Part shown: positions 46,748 through 61,515 of the stretch, piece after piece | Position numbering within the stretch: the stretch's first letter is position 1 | Layout of the letters: the number at the start of each line of letters is the position of its first letter | Source of the DNA: Paraspadella gotoi | Lineage: Eukaryota > Animalia > Chaetognatha | NCBI GenBank assembly: GCA_051294375.1 | Contig: CM119271.1 | Span: 6,065,991-6,129,990, forward strand | Length of the DNA: 64,000 nt | Reading direction: 5' to 3' | Notes under the pieces: generated by a model | Told to the model about the DNA's origin: nothing | Seen by the model: only the letters and a program-made list of their open reading frames with translations | Database searches by the model: none | Position numbers and translations under genes: made by a program

Positions 46748-46834
46748 TCGGTTTACAAAGTTGGTTATTTATTGTTTCCTTTTTTTTAAAACCTTTTACT
46801 TTTTCAGGTTTTTTTAGTTTTAAATTAGAACAGG

Positions 46835-47899
46835 ATGCCTCGTTTACCCACAAAAACCTCCAAGACCTACACGACCCCGCGTCGTCCTTTCGAGAAAGAG
46901 CGTCTCGACCAAGAGCTTAAGCTCATCGGAGAGTTCGGTCTTCGCAACAAGCGCGAAGTCTGGCGCGTCAAACTCGCTCTGGCCAAAATCCGAAAATCCG
47001 CCAGGGTTCTGCTCACTCTCGACGAGAAAAATCCTCGCCGTCTCTTCGAGGGTGAGTTCAAATAAAAGTTATTGTGGCCGATTTTCTTTACTTTCATACG
47101 TAGCTGAAATAGACCAGGAAATGGGCTGTTGATGACTCTTTGTTGTAGTCAATTCTGTTATAACCATTTACTATTTAGAACCAATTACTTTTTAAACCAG
47201 TGGCTGCGCCAATAAATGTAACAGTTCAGTTTAAGCCCTTGAATGAAAGCGATTTACATTTTAGTACTTAAAAAAAATATTTTGTAAATCAAAACTATAT
47301 TTTTTTTCTCGCATCATTTTTCTCATTTTTGTATTTGCATACTTTTTAAATTTGTTTACATTTAAAAAGATAATATTAATACTAAATTGGTAGTTTGAAA
47401 ACTTATATTTTAAATTTCAATAGGTAACGCTCTTCTTCGTCGTCTGGTGCGCATCGGTGTCTTGGACGAGTCGAAAATGAAGCTTGATTACGTTTTGGGT
47501 CTTCGCATCGAAGACTTCCTGGAACGCAGATTGCAGACGCAAGTATTTAAGCTCGGTAAATGCACCCAAATTTTTGAAGGATCCCTGGAACTGTCAACAT
47601 TTCTATTCATCGTTTTTATCATCGTAAAATTTCGTTTTCCTTCCAAATATCGATCCTATTTCTTCCTTTATTCAGGCCTTGCAAAGTCCATCCACCACGC
47701 CCGCGTGCTGATCCGACAGCGTCACATCCGCGTGCGCAAGCAGCTCGTCAACATCCCCTCGTTCATCGTGCGTCTCGACTCGCAGAAGCACATCGACTTC
47801 AGCCTCAAGTCGCCCTACGGCGGCGGACCTCCCGGCCGAGTCAAGAGGATGAACGCTAAGAAGGGCACCAAGGGCGACGACGATGAAGACGAGGATTAA
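46835..47899 (+). CDS. RPS9: 40S ribosomal protein S9 (uS4); exons 46835-47051, 47424-47555, 47676-47899
   Basis: [37 protein letters not shown]...[20 protein letters not shown]; GT-AG introns. Confidence 0.98.
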
Positions 47900-48434
47900 T
47901 TTGCGGCCACCGAATATCGTTTTGCCGCAAAACAAAGGAAACAAAACGAGAAAAAAATTAAACTGATAAATTTTCTGATTTGAGGTCATAAGTTTTATAA
48001 TGTTTCCATAATAAAAGTTTGAAAGAAGTCACTTTTCCAGATTGTAATTAAGCATTTAGATTAAGCTTCCAAATTTTTTTCCTTTTCTACCTAGGTGGTT
48101 GAATATAAATAAACTTTGTTTGGCGCCTCAAAAAGAACCCAAAATATTCAACATGAGAACTAATTTATTACTTAATGATTCGTTTTGTTTTTGGTAAATT
48201 TATTTTATAGCCTTTTAGTTTTTTACCAGATTTTCGATCAAACTAGTGTGACGCGACATGGTACGAAAACGTTTTTCCACACTCGACCAACTCTTATCTC
48301 GAATGTTTCGTGCGCCGTTCGCTTCGTTTCTTCATCCCTAAGAGCTGTATTGGTGATAATTCTAGCTGCTTCTCTTAATCGTTAATCAACACCATCTCGC
48401 CGTGGCCCCTGTTCTTGGCCAACCGGTCCCCGTC

Positions 48435-51400
48435 ATGGATGGGGGCAACCGTCGTGTTGCCGTCTCGTCCAAGCTGTTTGCCCAGACGGTGCTAGATCCG
48501 AAGGAAGCAGAGGACGAGCGGTTGGAGAGAGCCGAACGCGCCATCGCACACCTCGTCGGTGACTCCGCCTCCGAGAAGGAAGTGCACGACAACCTTCAAA
48601 AATATTCCTCTAAAGGGGCCCAACAAAACGAAGAGGTGTGCCTGGGTCTTCTTTACAGAATCCTCACGGGTTCCGCTGAGCCCAAGTTGAGCCAACAATA
48701 CTTGAGAGACTTGAATCTGATCAGTCGCGACGGCGTCAAGCTGCCGATCGAGCGTGTTAACTACCTGATCCTCGAAAAGTTCCACAAGCTCCTCGACGGT
48801 TCGAGGATGCAAGTCCTCTTCTTCGTGCGCGAGATGGTGCGCGCGGGGGTGGCGATGGCCGACATGCTCTGCTTCTCCCTCATGCGGCAGATAGCCGGTG
48901 GTGACGTGTCCCCGAAAAACATGTGGCTCGCCGATCAAGTACTCAGTTTGTTCGTCGACAACAAGCAGTGGTTCCTTTCGTTCCCAATTCTCCTCCAGAC
49001 GGCGGTTTACACTTACCTCCGCGTGATCGTCGATCACCACGGGCCCCGCTTTGCAGCCTTGCGCCAGCGAGAAGTCGATTTCACCGCCTCTATCATCAGG
49101 GAAAAGTTCGACGTCGTTATGGCCGTCGGACGAGACTTAGTTCGTCTTTTGCAGGGCGTGGCCCGCATCCCGGAGTTCGCCGCCATCTGGACCTCGATAC
49201 TTCACAACCCGTCCTCCCTCTCCTCAAACTTCTCCGGAGTCCCGCAGCTCATGCGCTGTCGAACTCGCCGGACTTTTATCCAGTGTCGTCTCACGCCCGA
49301 CATGGAAAAGAAACTTACCTTTCTCACTTCGACGGTAAAGTTCGGCCAACAGAAAAGATACCAAGACTGGTTTCAACGAACTTACTTGGGCACTCCGGAA
49401 AGCCAAAGCCTGCGCTGTGATCTAATTCGTTACATTTGCTGCATCATTCATCCCCCCAACGAGGTCCTCTGCTCGGACATTATTCCGCGTTGGGCGGTCA
49501 TTGGTTGGCTGTTGACCACGTGCACCTCCAACGTTGATGCCTCCAACGCCAAACTCTCCCTCTTTTACGACTGGCTTTTTTTCGATCCGGAGACGGACAA
49601 CATCATGAATATTGAGCCCGCCATTCTCGTCATGTATCACTCCATTCGGCCGCATCCTTCAATCACCGCCACTTTAATAGATTTCCTTTGTCGCATCATG
49701 AAAAACTTTTCCATTCCGCTGGCGGACAAAGTGCGCAGCGGTATTCACAATGCCCTTCGCACTATAACATCGAAACGGGTCCTACCATCACTCTCACCGC
49801 TTTTCGACAACCCCAAGTTGGACGAAGAGCTTCGGGGAATGGTTCGCGAAAGCTTCGGCGAGTTTTGTTCCAAAACCTCTGTAGAGGCCGGGAATAACTT
49901 GATTCCACAAGGCTTCGCTGCGCACCACGCCTCGCCCCATTCTCCTTCCCTCCCGCCCATCCACTCGGTTAACCACGTGGGTCCCGCTGCTTCCTCGAAC
50001 TTCTCAACCTCCGCTATCGAGGATGTTGCGGATTCTCTCAACCACAAACTGTCGGAGAGCTCTGATATTGCTGAAGGAAAGTTTTCCGAGGATGAAGAAG
50101 ACGTCGAACCTTCGCCGATCGTCGTCGCGGAAGAAAAAACACCCAAAGTACCTCCTCTCCCCTCCAAGAGAAACGCTTCGACGCCGTCACAGCTCCTAAA
50201 CTCTTCGGAACTCGCTGCCACGAGGGCGCGCCTTCATTCCACGACACGATTGCTGATGGCGCCGATAGACATCGAGCCGTTTATTGCTCAGGTCGAGAGC
50301 CAGAGTTTGAAGGACGAGATTCTCGCTTACATCGCTTCTGACGACGAGGAAGAAAACTGTGGAATTATGGAGAGGATCGTCCAGGAGATACTCGGCGACG
50401 ACGATTTCGCCGATTCGGAGGTCGCCGCACCCATCGCTGCCATTTTGTGCCAGTTGCTCATAGACGTTTTCAATAGCGACATCTTTCCCCAAGAGTTGAC
50501 GGAAGATGCGATGGCGGCTTCGGTAGAATCGCCGCTCTTCGTCATCTTTCGCATTCTGGAAACTATGGCGGAAGAAGATCCGAGTCGTAGTACACTTTTG
50601 ACCTTAATCACGGAAATGCACAAGCGGCAACGAAAAATCGGATATCTGATGCTCTACTTTCTTAAAGTCGACAAGAGCCACGACAGCAATCACGAAGACG
50701 GCAAAATGGCTCCTTACCGCGACTTTATCAAGTCCATAATCGAATCGGGTTCGGCGTCTTCGACGGACCTCGGCTCTGATTGTTCCGACATTTCCTCGTG
50801 CCTTCTGTCCGACCTGCGCTGCTGTGTCGACGACGACGCACGTATATTTTGCCTCCTTTTGCCGGACATTTACGCTCAGTTTTCGGGGTCAGCATTGGGC
50901 AACGCGGATCTGATACATCTTGTAGTGTCGTCCATCGACGCTGCTCAGCTCCAAGACATAGTTTGCCACGTCTTGCTTGGTCATCTCACCATGTTTCGCA
51001 AGGAGAACCTCATGGGCATCCTCAACGCGTCTCTCGACTGGGAGTCCATAGAGCAAATTTTTCTTTGGCAGATCGTGGCCGCCCACGATTGCGTCTCGGC
51101 CGAGCATGTGTTGCCGCTATTGCCGAAGCTGGAGTACACGCAGCACGCGGAGGCACTGACTTCCCTGTTGCTCCTTCTCAAACGGGAAACGCCCACCTTG
51201 GAACTGGTCAGGCACGTGTTCAATCGAGAGCAGAAGGACGGCGATATCTTCGTCATTTCTATTCTTCGTCACTGGGTGGCGGACCATGAGGAGAAGCTTG
51301 CCCAACTTGTCCAACAGCAATTTCAAAAGTCCTTGCAGACTCAACCCTCGAACCCGTTGTCCTCTCCACGGAAAAGGCTTTCCGCCAGTGCCGTCCAGTC

Positions 51401-52704
51401 CTTCGCTGGCGCCCGTAGCCACGGCGCCGGATCGAACGGCGAACCTACCGTCGAGACGATCCTCGCCCACCTGGAGCATCTTAGACGAACTTGCCCATCC
51501 AATCTTAACACATTCTTCTTCAGGGACTCTCTCCAGTCGGCGCTAAGTCAGGTAATAACCTTATAACTGCTCTTACTCTATATTAAATCACAATTTTTGG
51601 TTCAAAAAGTATACGTTTCGTAAAAGAGCGGCGGGCGTTTTGTAAATTATTAACATAAATTAACTTCGGTTTAATTTTGCATCCCCGCTGTCTTTAAACA
51701 AATCACATCTTTGTTATTTTTATCCTGCACGTAAGTTACAAGTTATGATCATCTTTTTTACCTTCTGTTTACGAATTGTCCTTTATAAATTTTTTTGGAT
51801 TCGTGAACCAAATCGCCGACCACAAATTATTTTTACACAAATCTTAGTTAGGGTTTAATTTAATTAAAGACATAGAATCGTTATTAGTTAAGGCGTGGTT
51901 TAGCTGGTTATTTTTATCTGTTCGTCATTAACCGATTGGTGTCCTCGGTCTATTTCGGTTTTTTCATAATTATTTTAATCGCCAATAAAATTGGATGAAT
52001 TTGGCTCTCCGATTTTCCCTCATCCATCCGTAACACGTTTCGTTGCTTTTGTTATCCCCCACTCTATGCACCAACCTATTATTTTTTGTTTGCCTCGCCA
52101 CTCAATGGGTGTCCTTTCCCGACAACAGGTCCAACAGGCATGCAGTGAGGCGCAGAAGATGCGATACAGTGACCTCCTCTCTTTGGCCGACGACTTCGAG
52201 GATCCACGCGTCACGCGCAACCTCCGCCACGTGGCAGCACGGAGAGCTAATCAGGCGGCCGCAAATTCCACCGGCGGCTCCGGGACGACCACGGGACGAC
52301 AGCATGCCGCTTCAAGTTAGTTCTTTCATTATTCAAGTTGAAAGTTTATAAAATGCTTCTTTGCTTAAAGCTCATACTTAAGTTTCTATTTCATTATAAT
52401 TCCTATTATTGTGATGAAATAAGAAAGCGGAATATGAATTATATATCTTCTTCCCTTTTTTTTTAAAGACAATAATTCTTCAGAACGAAGGGGGCTGAAG
52501 CGCGATCGAGCTGGCTCCAAATCCAGTCGATCGTCCGCGAGAAGCGGCTTCGCCGAGGACGAGGAATCTGACGACAGCGATAACGACGACGATGGCTCTT
52601 CATCGTCGTCTTCGAGCGACAGCGAGGAGGAACAGAGCGGCAAAACCCTGCCGCCAAGAAAAAGAAATCCCCCTCCCTTACCCGATAAAATCAACTTGTT
52701 TTAG
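48435..52704 (+). CDS. INTS3: Integrator complex subunit 3 (SOSS-A); 3.1-kb first exon (to 51551) plus two small exons
   Basis: MRQIAGGDVSPKNMWLA, VKFGQQKRYQDWFQRTYL.TPESQSLRCDLIRYIC, NIMNIEPAILVM, SLDWESIEQ. Confidence 0.95.
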
Positions 52705-53325
52705 GCATTAAAGTTATTTCTTTTTAGTTTTTCAAACGTATTAAAAAAAAAATGGGGGAAAAAATTAAAGAAAGCTTTCGGACGCTAATCTTTTCTGAAA
52801 AAAAATTGTAACTTGATATACCATACTCAATCACAAGGCGTTACATAATTTATGCTCTTAATTTTTTTTTTTTCAGTCATACTTATTACTTTGTTTGTTT
52901 TATCTTTCAACTCCAGATTATATGTTTTCTTTTTCTTTCGCGATTATTTTTAATATACTTTTTAACCAATTCATGATCTATTGTGTTATAATCCTCAATG
53001 CCATAAATTGTTTCACACAAATTTGCATTAGTAAATTTCGTCAATGCCTATTTTCCAAGAAAAAAAAAGAAATTGTGATTGATATGTTTTTTCTGCATTT
53101 TTAAACAAAAATAGTAATGTGACGTTTTTGCAAATAGAATCAATTTACTCACTTCGATGTCCTCCTTCCCGATGGTTTAGTGCCGAAGACGAAGAGGTTT
53201 TATTCGCGTCTCCAGCCACATCAAAATTCAGAAACTTGAGATGGAGTAAATCCCAGAGATCCCAACTTTAAAAGCCTCGTACATATTCCTGCCTCTTCAC
53301 CCGACTTTTACTTTTCCGACAAACG

Positions 53326-56300
53326 ATGATGGCGGAATTATCTCAGGCCTCCGTTATGTCGATCGTCGGCTCTTCCACGGATGACCCCACCTTGCAACCC
53401 CGTGCCTTGGAGTGCTTCGAAAGCCTTAAATCGCACCAAGGCGGTTGGACCCTCTGCGCCGAGATCCTCGCCACGGGTGCTGCCGATCCCTCCTGTAATG
53501 ATCATGTCAAGTTCTTCTGCTTTCAAGTCATCGAACACCACGTGCGCCATCGCTATCAGGCCTCGGACGAGACTGAAATGATGCGCCAGGCCCTCATGAC
53601 CTGGCTCTCTGTCATCGAGTCAGCTCCAAGAGAAGAGGCCGTCTTCATCCGCAACAAGGCGGCACAGGTCTTCTCTTTGGCCTGCGTTGCTGATTTCCCC
53701 GCTAGATGGCCATCTTTTTTTGCCGACATCATGAGCCTAAACCAAAGAGGCCCTCGTATGGTCGACATGTTTTACCGCATCCTCAAAGCTATCGATAGCG
53801 AAGTGGTCGACCGCGAGATCCCCCACTCGCCGGCCGAAGCCGATCGCAACACTCTGATTAAGGACGCCATGAGGGACCACGCCGTTGGCGATTTGGTAGA
53901 AAACTGGTACGCCACTATCATCCGCTTCGAAAATACTGACGCAGATATCACGCGCATGTGTCTTCAAGTTATTGGTGCTTATGTTTCCTGGATCGACATT
54001 TCCCTTATAGCCAACGATCGGTTCGTCGCTATCCTTCTTCGTCATCTCCAAACTCCACAGCTGAGGGAATCATCGGCCGATTGCTTATGCTACATTATCG
54101 CTAAGGGCATGGAGCCCGTGGCCAAGATCAAGCTAGTCGAGAGCTATATGATCGTCTTGGAAGAGTCGAACCTCGTGGTTCCGTCCGCGGAGGAGGAAAC
54201 CGACTTCGTGATCAAGATGGCGTCGTTGATGAACTGCGTTGGCATTCAACTCATTGACTGTTGGCGAAAAGTTGTTCGTGTTGCTGATCGCCGCAATGCC
54301 TCGGACTGCCTCACCGCTATCGAAAAGAAGATCCCTTACTTGCTGCGCTTTTTTTCTGACGATGATGACGACGTCTCCCTCGCCGTTTGCCCCTTCGCTT
54401 ACGAGTACATTGCCACGGTCAAGCAGCTCAATCCCATGTCCGACCAACAGCGGTCAAATGTAGTCCGCATACTTCACGCTTGCGTTGCCAAAATGAAATA
54501 CGACCAAGACTATGATTTTGATAGTGAGGGAGAGGAAGAGGCCGAGTTCGAAGAGTACAGAAAGCAACTCAAGGTCATCTTCGACTTCGTGGCCAAGCTG
54601 GAACCGGATCTGGTTCTGCAAACCGTTCACTCCATCGTCACCAACGCACTCAATCAATGGAACACTTTGAGTTTTCGCGACGTGGAGGTCGCAATCCGCC
54701 TGCTTTACAACGTGGCCGAGGCACTGCCGACCGTCGGAGGTGCCCACTTCACCGGCGACACGCCCAAAGCTACGGCCATGGTTGACATGATGTCCACGTT
54801 AATCGCCTCGACCGTCTCTCGACTCGATCACGTCGCCGTTGTTTTGCAATATTTCGAAACCGTCGTCCGCTATCATCGTTTCTTTTCCACCAATCAGGCC
54901 TTCCTGCCTGACGTGCTCGTCTCCTTTATCGACGAACGGGGTCTTCGTCATCGCGATCCCAAGGTTCGTGGGCGTGTTTCCTATCTTTTCACGCGATTCG
55001 TCAAAGAGGTCCGACCCCTCATGAATGAATTCACCGAGGATATACTTGATAGAATTAAGGATCTTTTGGTGATTCTGCCTCCCTCCGACGTTCCCGTTGC
55101 CCCTCGTGAACCTAAACCCCACGGGGTCAAGGAATTATTACGCAACGGGGTTGGTGGAAACCGTCCGTCGCCCAGCCCGTCTCCAGCTTTAACCAACGGT
55201 TCTTCGATGGCGCCGGCCCTCCATCCGGACGACCAGATGTACATTTTCGAAGTCGCTGGCATACTCATCGTCAACAGCGATTACGTGGCGGAGAAAAAGA
55301 AAAAACTCATGCACGACCTTATGTCACCATTAGTCACCCAGTTTGGGCCTCTGCTGAGACAGATGGAAACACTGGAAAACGAAGAGCACCAGAAGGCCTA
55401 TGCCGAATGTCTCACCATAGCCGTGAACTTCGCTGCTAGGGTATCAAAGGCCTTCTCCAATCAGCAAACCATGAAGATGTGCGGGTAAATAATGGTTAAT
55501 TTGTTTTCTTGATGGCATGAAGGGAGTTTAGATATGATTTTAGCGCTTCGAAACGAAATATTTCACACAAGGTAATCTAAATGAAGTTTTTTTATTGTCC
55601 TTAGGTGCACTCCTGCTTTCGTGGAGACCCTTCGTGTTTTTCTCACCGCGTTTGACGCGACCGTTCAGCGTCACACGGTCCTGTCCGCCGTCCGCACCTT
55701 TTTCCACCGAATGGTCGTTTGTCTCGATGATGAGATCATGGACTTCGTTCCCGTCACCGTCGATTACCTTCTCCGCAGCAGCGACTCAAAATCCGTCGTT
55801 GACTTCGTCCCCCTACTCTCCCAGATTATCTGCAAGTTTAAAAAAAAACTAATCCCTTATTTTCAGCACGTCTTCATGCCTATCATCCACAAAATGTGGA
55901 TCCTGATGGCCGAGCAGCCCGTCGACGATACTGACTCTGTACTCCGATCCGAGCGCGAGGCTCTTCGCCGCGCCTACTTCACCTTCCTTCAAACTGTCGT
56001 CACGCAAGACGTTATCGAAGTCATCTCCTCTCAGGACCCCGGCGACGCGCAGCGAGTATTACAGACGGTCGTGCAGGGCGCCGTCGAACTGCCCGACCCC
56101 GTTACCCAAAAGATCTGTTTCAGCATTCTTCGCACTTTGGTGGAGAAATGGGGAGATGGGAACTCGAACGCCACCGAGTCTGACGGATTCCGCGTCTTTA
56201 TTTACGACGAGATCGTGCCCGCCTGCTTCCGCGCCCCGTTGCAGCCGCACTTCGACCTCAACGACGCCCAGTACTCGTTGGCTGCCGGAGAGTGCGCCAT

Positions 56301-56496
56301 GTGCCTCAAGACTTTGCACGAAAAGCGCGGAAACGAACTCGTGGATCACCTCAACAACAACGTCTTCAACGCACCCAGCTTCGGAACGGACGTGGCCGAG
56401 CAGTTCGCTACGGCTATCAGGAGAGAACCGAAGGAGTTTAAAAGGTTTCTCGGCAATTTCTTCAAGATGGCCCGAACCTCGACGAGAGCCTCTTGA
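53326..56496 (+). CDS. XPOT: Exportin-T (tRNA exportin); two exons, intron ~55485-55604
   Basis: VKFFCFQV, FIRNKAAQVF, IDSEVVDR..RNTLIKDAMR, YVSWIDISLIAND, FIDERGLRH..VR.RVSYLF.RFVK. Confidence 0.93.
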
Positions 56497-57730
56497 CGTC
56501 GGCCCGCTTCGAGTGGGACGGGATTGTCGGGACACGGTCACATACGCCGAAGTCTGTTTTTGATACTCAGTTGATTTTACAACCAACATTTATCCTTTAT
56601 TTTAAGGGATGATTGGAAAGTGACAATACTTGACGTCGTTGAGCAATTATTTAAATGTAATTCGTTATGATAATTATTAAATTTGGGAATGAATTTGACA
56701 GTGGCGTTGCTACTCTTTTAATAGAAAGTGTAGTAAATAAAAATTCGTCATTTTGCCATACATTGTGATACAATTTTTGTTTTGGTACTTTTTGTTAAAT
56801 TTTGTTACCGTCGAATTTTTTTTGGAAAAAATTTGGTGAAAACCATTTCACGATGATTCTATTGAAATTTAGTTTTTAGACGTATTGTTAATATCATTTG
56901 AATTTAACAGAAGCTAGTTTATTTTCAATGAAATATTAATCTATATTTTTGTACTTACTAGGTCGTTTTACGTACGTAACCGGTACTTATTAATAATTGT
57001 AATAAGAACATTATTTTTTTAAAAACTTGAATCTGATAGTAATTCTTAAATAGATAAGCATGAATTATTAAAATGTAAAATTTCCAGATAAAAAACCGTT
57101 ATCATTACATTAAAAAGCAATAACATGATGGGCTCATTATTATTCAAAACTTGAGACGTTAATAACCTCCTTAATTCAGTCAAAAACAGGAAAAAAATAA
57201 ATAAATATTTAAAAATTTGTTTTTTAGATAGTACTGTAACTTGTTTAAAATAATGTATTAATTTCCTAAAATAAGATATTGAGTTTGTGCATATCATTTG
57301 ATTTTATTTAGATTTTTAGAAGTCATTTCATAATTATTTTTTTCAAAATTAGGAAAAGAAGGTATAGTACATACATAATGTAATACATATATAATACATA
57401 ACATAGAATACAAATGAGATTAAAGGTATTTTACGTACCGTGACGTTAAAAAATGTAAGTCAATCATTCGTTCAATTTTTTTTCGTGAATCATGGGTAGA
57501 CTTAGATGCATTTGTCAGCCATTCAATCAGTTAAATTTTTTTCTCAAATACATACATACATTCCGTCTGTTGCGGTATTTGCTCGGTCGTGAATCACGCT
57601 TAACTTTGGTTTGATAGAATAAGAAAATTTATAACATTTAAAAAAAAATTTCAGGCCTTGTTACTGATAAAAGATTGAAAAGAGAAGAAGTTGATAACAA
57701 ATTTAGTCTCCGCTGCGATTTACCATCATT

Positions 57731-60442
57731 ATGCTTCCGGCATCGGAACATCTTTCTTCGTCTGGTTCTTCCATTGAAGATGGTGCGACATTTCCCGACT
57801 CAACGCCTCTGGAGAATCCCGTTTTGGATGTCCCGGAAGACGACAGTTGGGATGAGGAATACATAAATTTTACGTCTTACGAAACCGGACCTGGCAAGAC
57901 TTTTCAGGAACAACGTCGCCTCGGCAACGAGGATAACCCCAAGCTAAAAATATCGAACGTTCCCAAAGGAACGAAAGGCGCCGCCTTGAGGCGAGAATGC
58001 GAAACTTACGGGACTGTGGTCGACCTTCGCCTCGTGCCCGACAATAGCGACGATGAGAAACCCTGGCACGCCTTCGTCACTTTCGCGACCATGGCGGGAG
58101 CGTTGGCTGCCCTTCATCATTTCGAAAATTTTCGTATTGGAAATCATAAGATTAGGGCTGTCGTAGCTAAGACCAAAGAGCAGAAGATGCTCGAGAAAGA
58201 GGAGAGACGAAAGACAAACGAGCTCCTCCGGGAATGCGGCTACACCGACGTCCGCGACGACGTATTTCGAGTGACGGAAAAAATTTGTGCTCTCTGCGGT
58301 CGAGACGATGAAAATCTGAAAAACCTGAGCCTCAAAAAGTGCACGGGTTGCAATAAGGTCTACTACTGTTCTAAACAGTGCGCGAGCAAACACCGACTCA
58401 AGCATAAAAGCTCTTGTTCGTCCTCGGTGGTTCATCGTGCCTCAAGACCCGCATTTCCGTCCGCCGTCTTCAAAACATTTGAAAACAACGCGTCTTACTC
58501 GGCTATAGTGTGGAACGTATTCTCTCCCGATGCCTTTGGACTGATTCCGGACGACGACGAACCAGCTGATTATTTTTTCATGAACGAACAAATCGAAGAG
58601 TTCGCCAACGGCGCCGCAATCCACGAGGTCATCGATAGGCCTAACATTGGAGAGCTCGTTATCGCGCGGTCCGAAGCGGAAGATGCGCACCGACGCGCGG
58701 TCGTCGTCGATATTCACGACGCCGTCGTCGACCTGTGGTTCGTCGACGAGGGCATTGCCGAAACGGGCCTTAATGTCAAGGAGCTCTTACCTATCCGCGA
58801 ATTTGTTGATTTTTTGAGAAATTTCAAAAGAAATGGCGACTTAGCTTGGCTCAACGTCGATCGTTTCAAAAGAATGCCAGCCCGAGTGATTCCTTGCTTT
58901 CTTCATGCCATCGACCCCGATACAGGTTCGTTTGCATGAATCGTTGGAAGGTGGTAAAAATGTGGTGATTGAAATTCTGTTGCTGCAATATTTTTTTGGG
59001 ATTAATTTTTAAGTTTTGTACCTACATATTTTTTTTTTTTTTTTTTTTTTTTGTCCAGGGAGGTCCCGAAAGTTGGAGCCAATAACTTCCGAGGTCACAA
59101 ATTCGTGGTCTGACGAAGCCATCTCTGTGATGAAGAAATTAACATCCCAAACGTTCGACGTCGTAGCTGTTCATCGAAGCGGCGACGTTTTTCCGAAATG
59201 GGGCGTCCAGTTGTCTAAGGATTTGGGAGACATTTTCTTTGACGTCGGGGAAACTTTCGTCGAAGAGGGAATGGCGGATTTCGAACCCGATCCTGATATG
59301 GATGGATCGATTGAAAAATTGTCTCTCGTTCGAGTTTTGCCAGAAACTGTCCCACGCCTCCCGATCTTTAACGGCCCTGTGCTCGTTACACATTTCGAGT
59401 CTCCCTCTCGCTTCTACGCTGTTAACATCCCCGCCGGCGTCGCCGAATTGGAACGAATGCCAGCCCCCCTAGCCAAATGTGTCGAGAACGCGAAGCCGTT
59501 CAGTCTCGAAGACCCGCCCTCCGTTGGGGACCTCGTCATTGCACCTTTAGACCGCATCCTCGCCCGTGCTACTGTTCTCGATTGGCCCGAAAGGGAGCTC
59601 CTTTCCTTGTTCTTCATAGATTGGGGCTCGACGAAGTTGGTTCCTCTGTCCTCTGTCTATCCCTCTGTCGCTGAGATTGCTTCATTCGCCTGTCCGACGA
59701 CCCTCTGCGGTGTGGTTCCCGAAGATCTTGACGTCGTCGGCGGCGAGGATATCGCTCGCGCTTTTATGAAAAGCAGCGCGGGCCTCAAAATAATCATCGC
59801 CTCCCGTAAGGAATACGAATCCGAGCCTCGATGCCTTGTCACTCTCTCCGACGGAAATGGCGTCCAAATGCGCAACGTCGTTCACCGTCTTCTCGGCCTT
59901 CCGCGTCTCCGCGACCTCAACCTGCGCAGGGATCTCTTCCTGAAAGAGTTCAGCTGCGAAGTCCGATTCTTCGACGACGTTCTCGTCGATTTTGTCGTCG
60001 TGGCGCTGGAAACCTCGGAAAAGCTCCAGCGACTAGAGGAAGAGCTAGCGTGTTTCTTTCCTCGCGTGACGGAGGAGAATTATTTTTTGCCCCGTGCCGG
60101 TCGCGTCGTCGTGGGGATGAACGATCGAGGGGACGTGAGACGGTACGAGTTGATGGAAGACGCGCGGGACACAAATCAAATCATCAAGGTATTGTTAGGC
60201 ATAGCCGATGAAATTTAAACAATGTTAAAATAATCTATCATGGAATTAAAATGTTTTTTTGTCAAAAATGTTTTCTTCTGAAGGTACTATATATAATATA
60301 TTATTAATATATTAAGAAAACGAAAGTTTTAAATGCAAAAACAACGATTTTTAATACAAGAACGTACATGTTTCGACTCATTGGTTCGAGTCTTCTTCAG
60401 CGTTTTGATTTTAGCAAAATTTTTATTACAAACATTGAGTTG

Positions 60443-60499
<57 letters not shown>

Positions 60500-60588
60500 T
60501 GTTTCCAACAAAGAATTGATCGCCTTTTTGATGATTAATTTTGGGTGTATGAAGCTGAAAATTTATAAATGTTTTGTTTACGATTTGG

Positions 60589-60654
<66 letters not shown>

Positions 60655-61383
60655 GTTTTTATAAAAAAAAAATTGAATTAGGATTGAATTAGGCATCGCA
60701 TTCGTGCATGTTATCATTTTGCTATCGCAACATCGGGTTTTTATTTCGTTCTTTCTTCTCGTCACTCTCTATTTATTTTTATTTTTCTTTCTATTCTTTC
60801 TTTCCTTTTTATTCTTTCTTTCTTTTCTATTCTTTCTTTCCTTTCTATTTTTTCTTTATATTTATTATTTTCTGTTTAAAAATTAATTTTCTTTTCTCAA
60901 ATTTGATTTTTTTTAGTATCAAAATTTGTCTTCAATCCAGATTTTTCTTATGCGATTGCAACGATATGCTTTTAATATTTTTTCTTTTTTTTTTTTGATT
61001 GCGACCATTTTCAAGTCTTTAACACAGAGTTTTTAATAAACCCCGTAACATTTAACCCTGGTCCACTACCCCCCAAACAATTGGCTACGTAGGTTCGATG
61101 CATCGACTACGGATTCGAAGAGTCAATCTCCGTTTCCTCATTACGTCGCCTCCCGCCATCTGGAGATATTGCCGACATACCCGTGCAGACCTTCCACTCT
61201 CGTTTGAAAGATGCTCCGGTTCCTGGATCCCCAGACGCCGATCATGTTGCTCACTTAATAAAGGATGCCGTCGAATGTGGCAGTCCGATTTCTTGTCGAT
61301 TCGACCGAATATTGGAGAAAATCTTTGTCGTTGAACTCTTCGTTAATGGTCAAAACATTAAGGAAATGCGTCGTAATTATTAG
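57731..61383 (+). CDS. RRM + MYND zinc finger + multi-Tudor protein (Vreteno/TDRD1-like, probable piRNA pathway); exons ~57731-58925, ~59059-60188, ~61073-61383
   Basis: RRM (LKISNVP...HAFVTF), MYND (CALC..CTGCNKVYYCSKQC...HK..C), extended Tudor repeats (RRAVV..LWFVDEG; VTHFESPSRFY..RATV..FFIDWG; CIDYG). Confidence 0.8.
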
Positions 61384-61515
61384 AATTATTGTTAAATTCT
61401 TTTCTAATTCAGTATATAATTGCATGAATTATTTTCACTTTTATTAAGTTCGAAGCCTTTTTTTTTTCTAGAAAAGCTTCCATTATTATTGATTATCGCA
61501 TTCAGTCATGTTAGT

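Noticed and set aside
48492-56589. Antisense ORFs over INTS3 and XPOT
   Set aside because: Shadow frames of GC-rich coding exons with no recognisable motifs.
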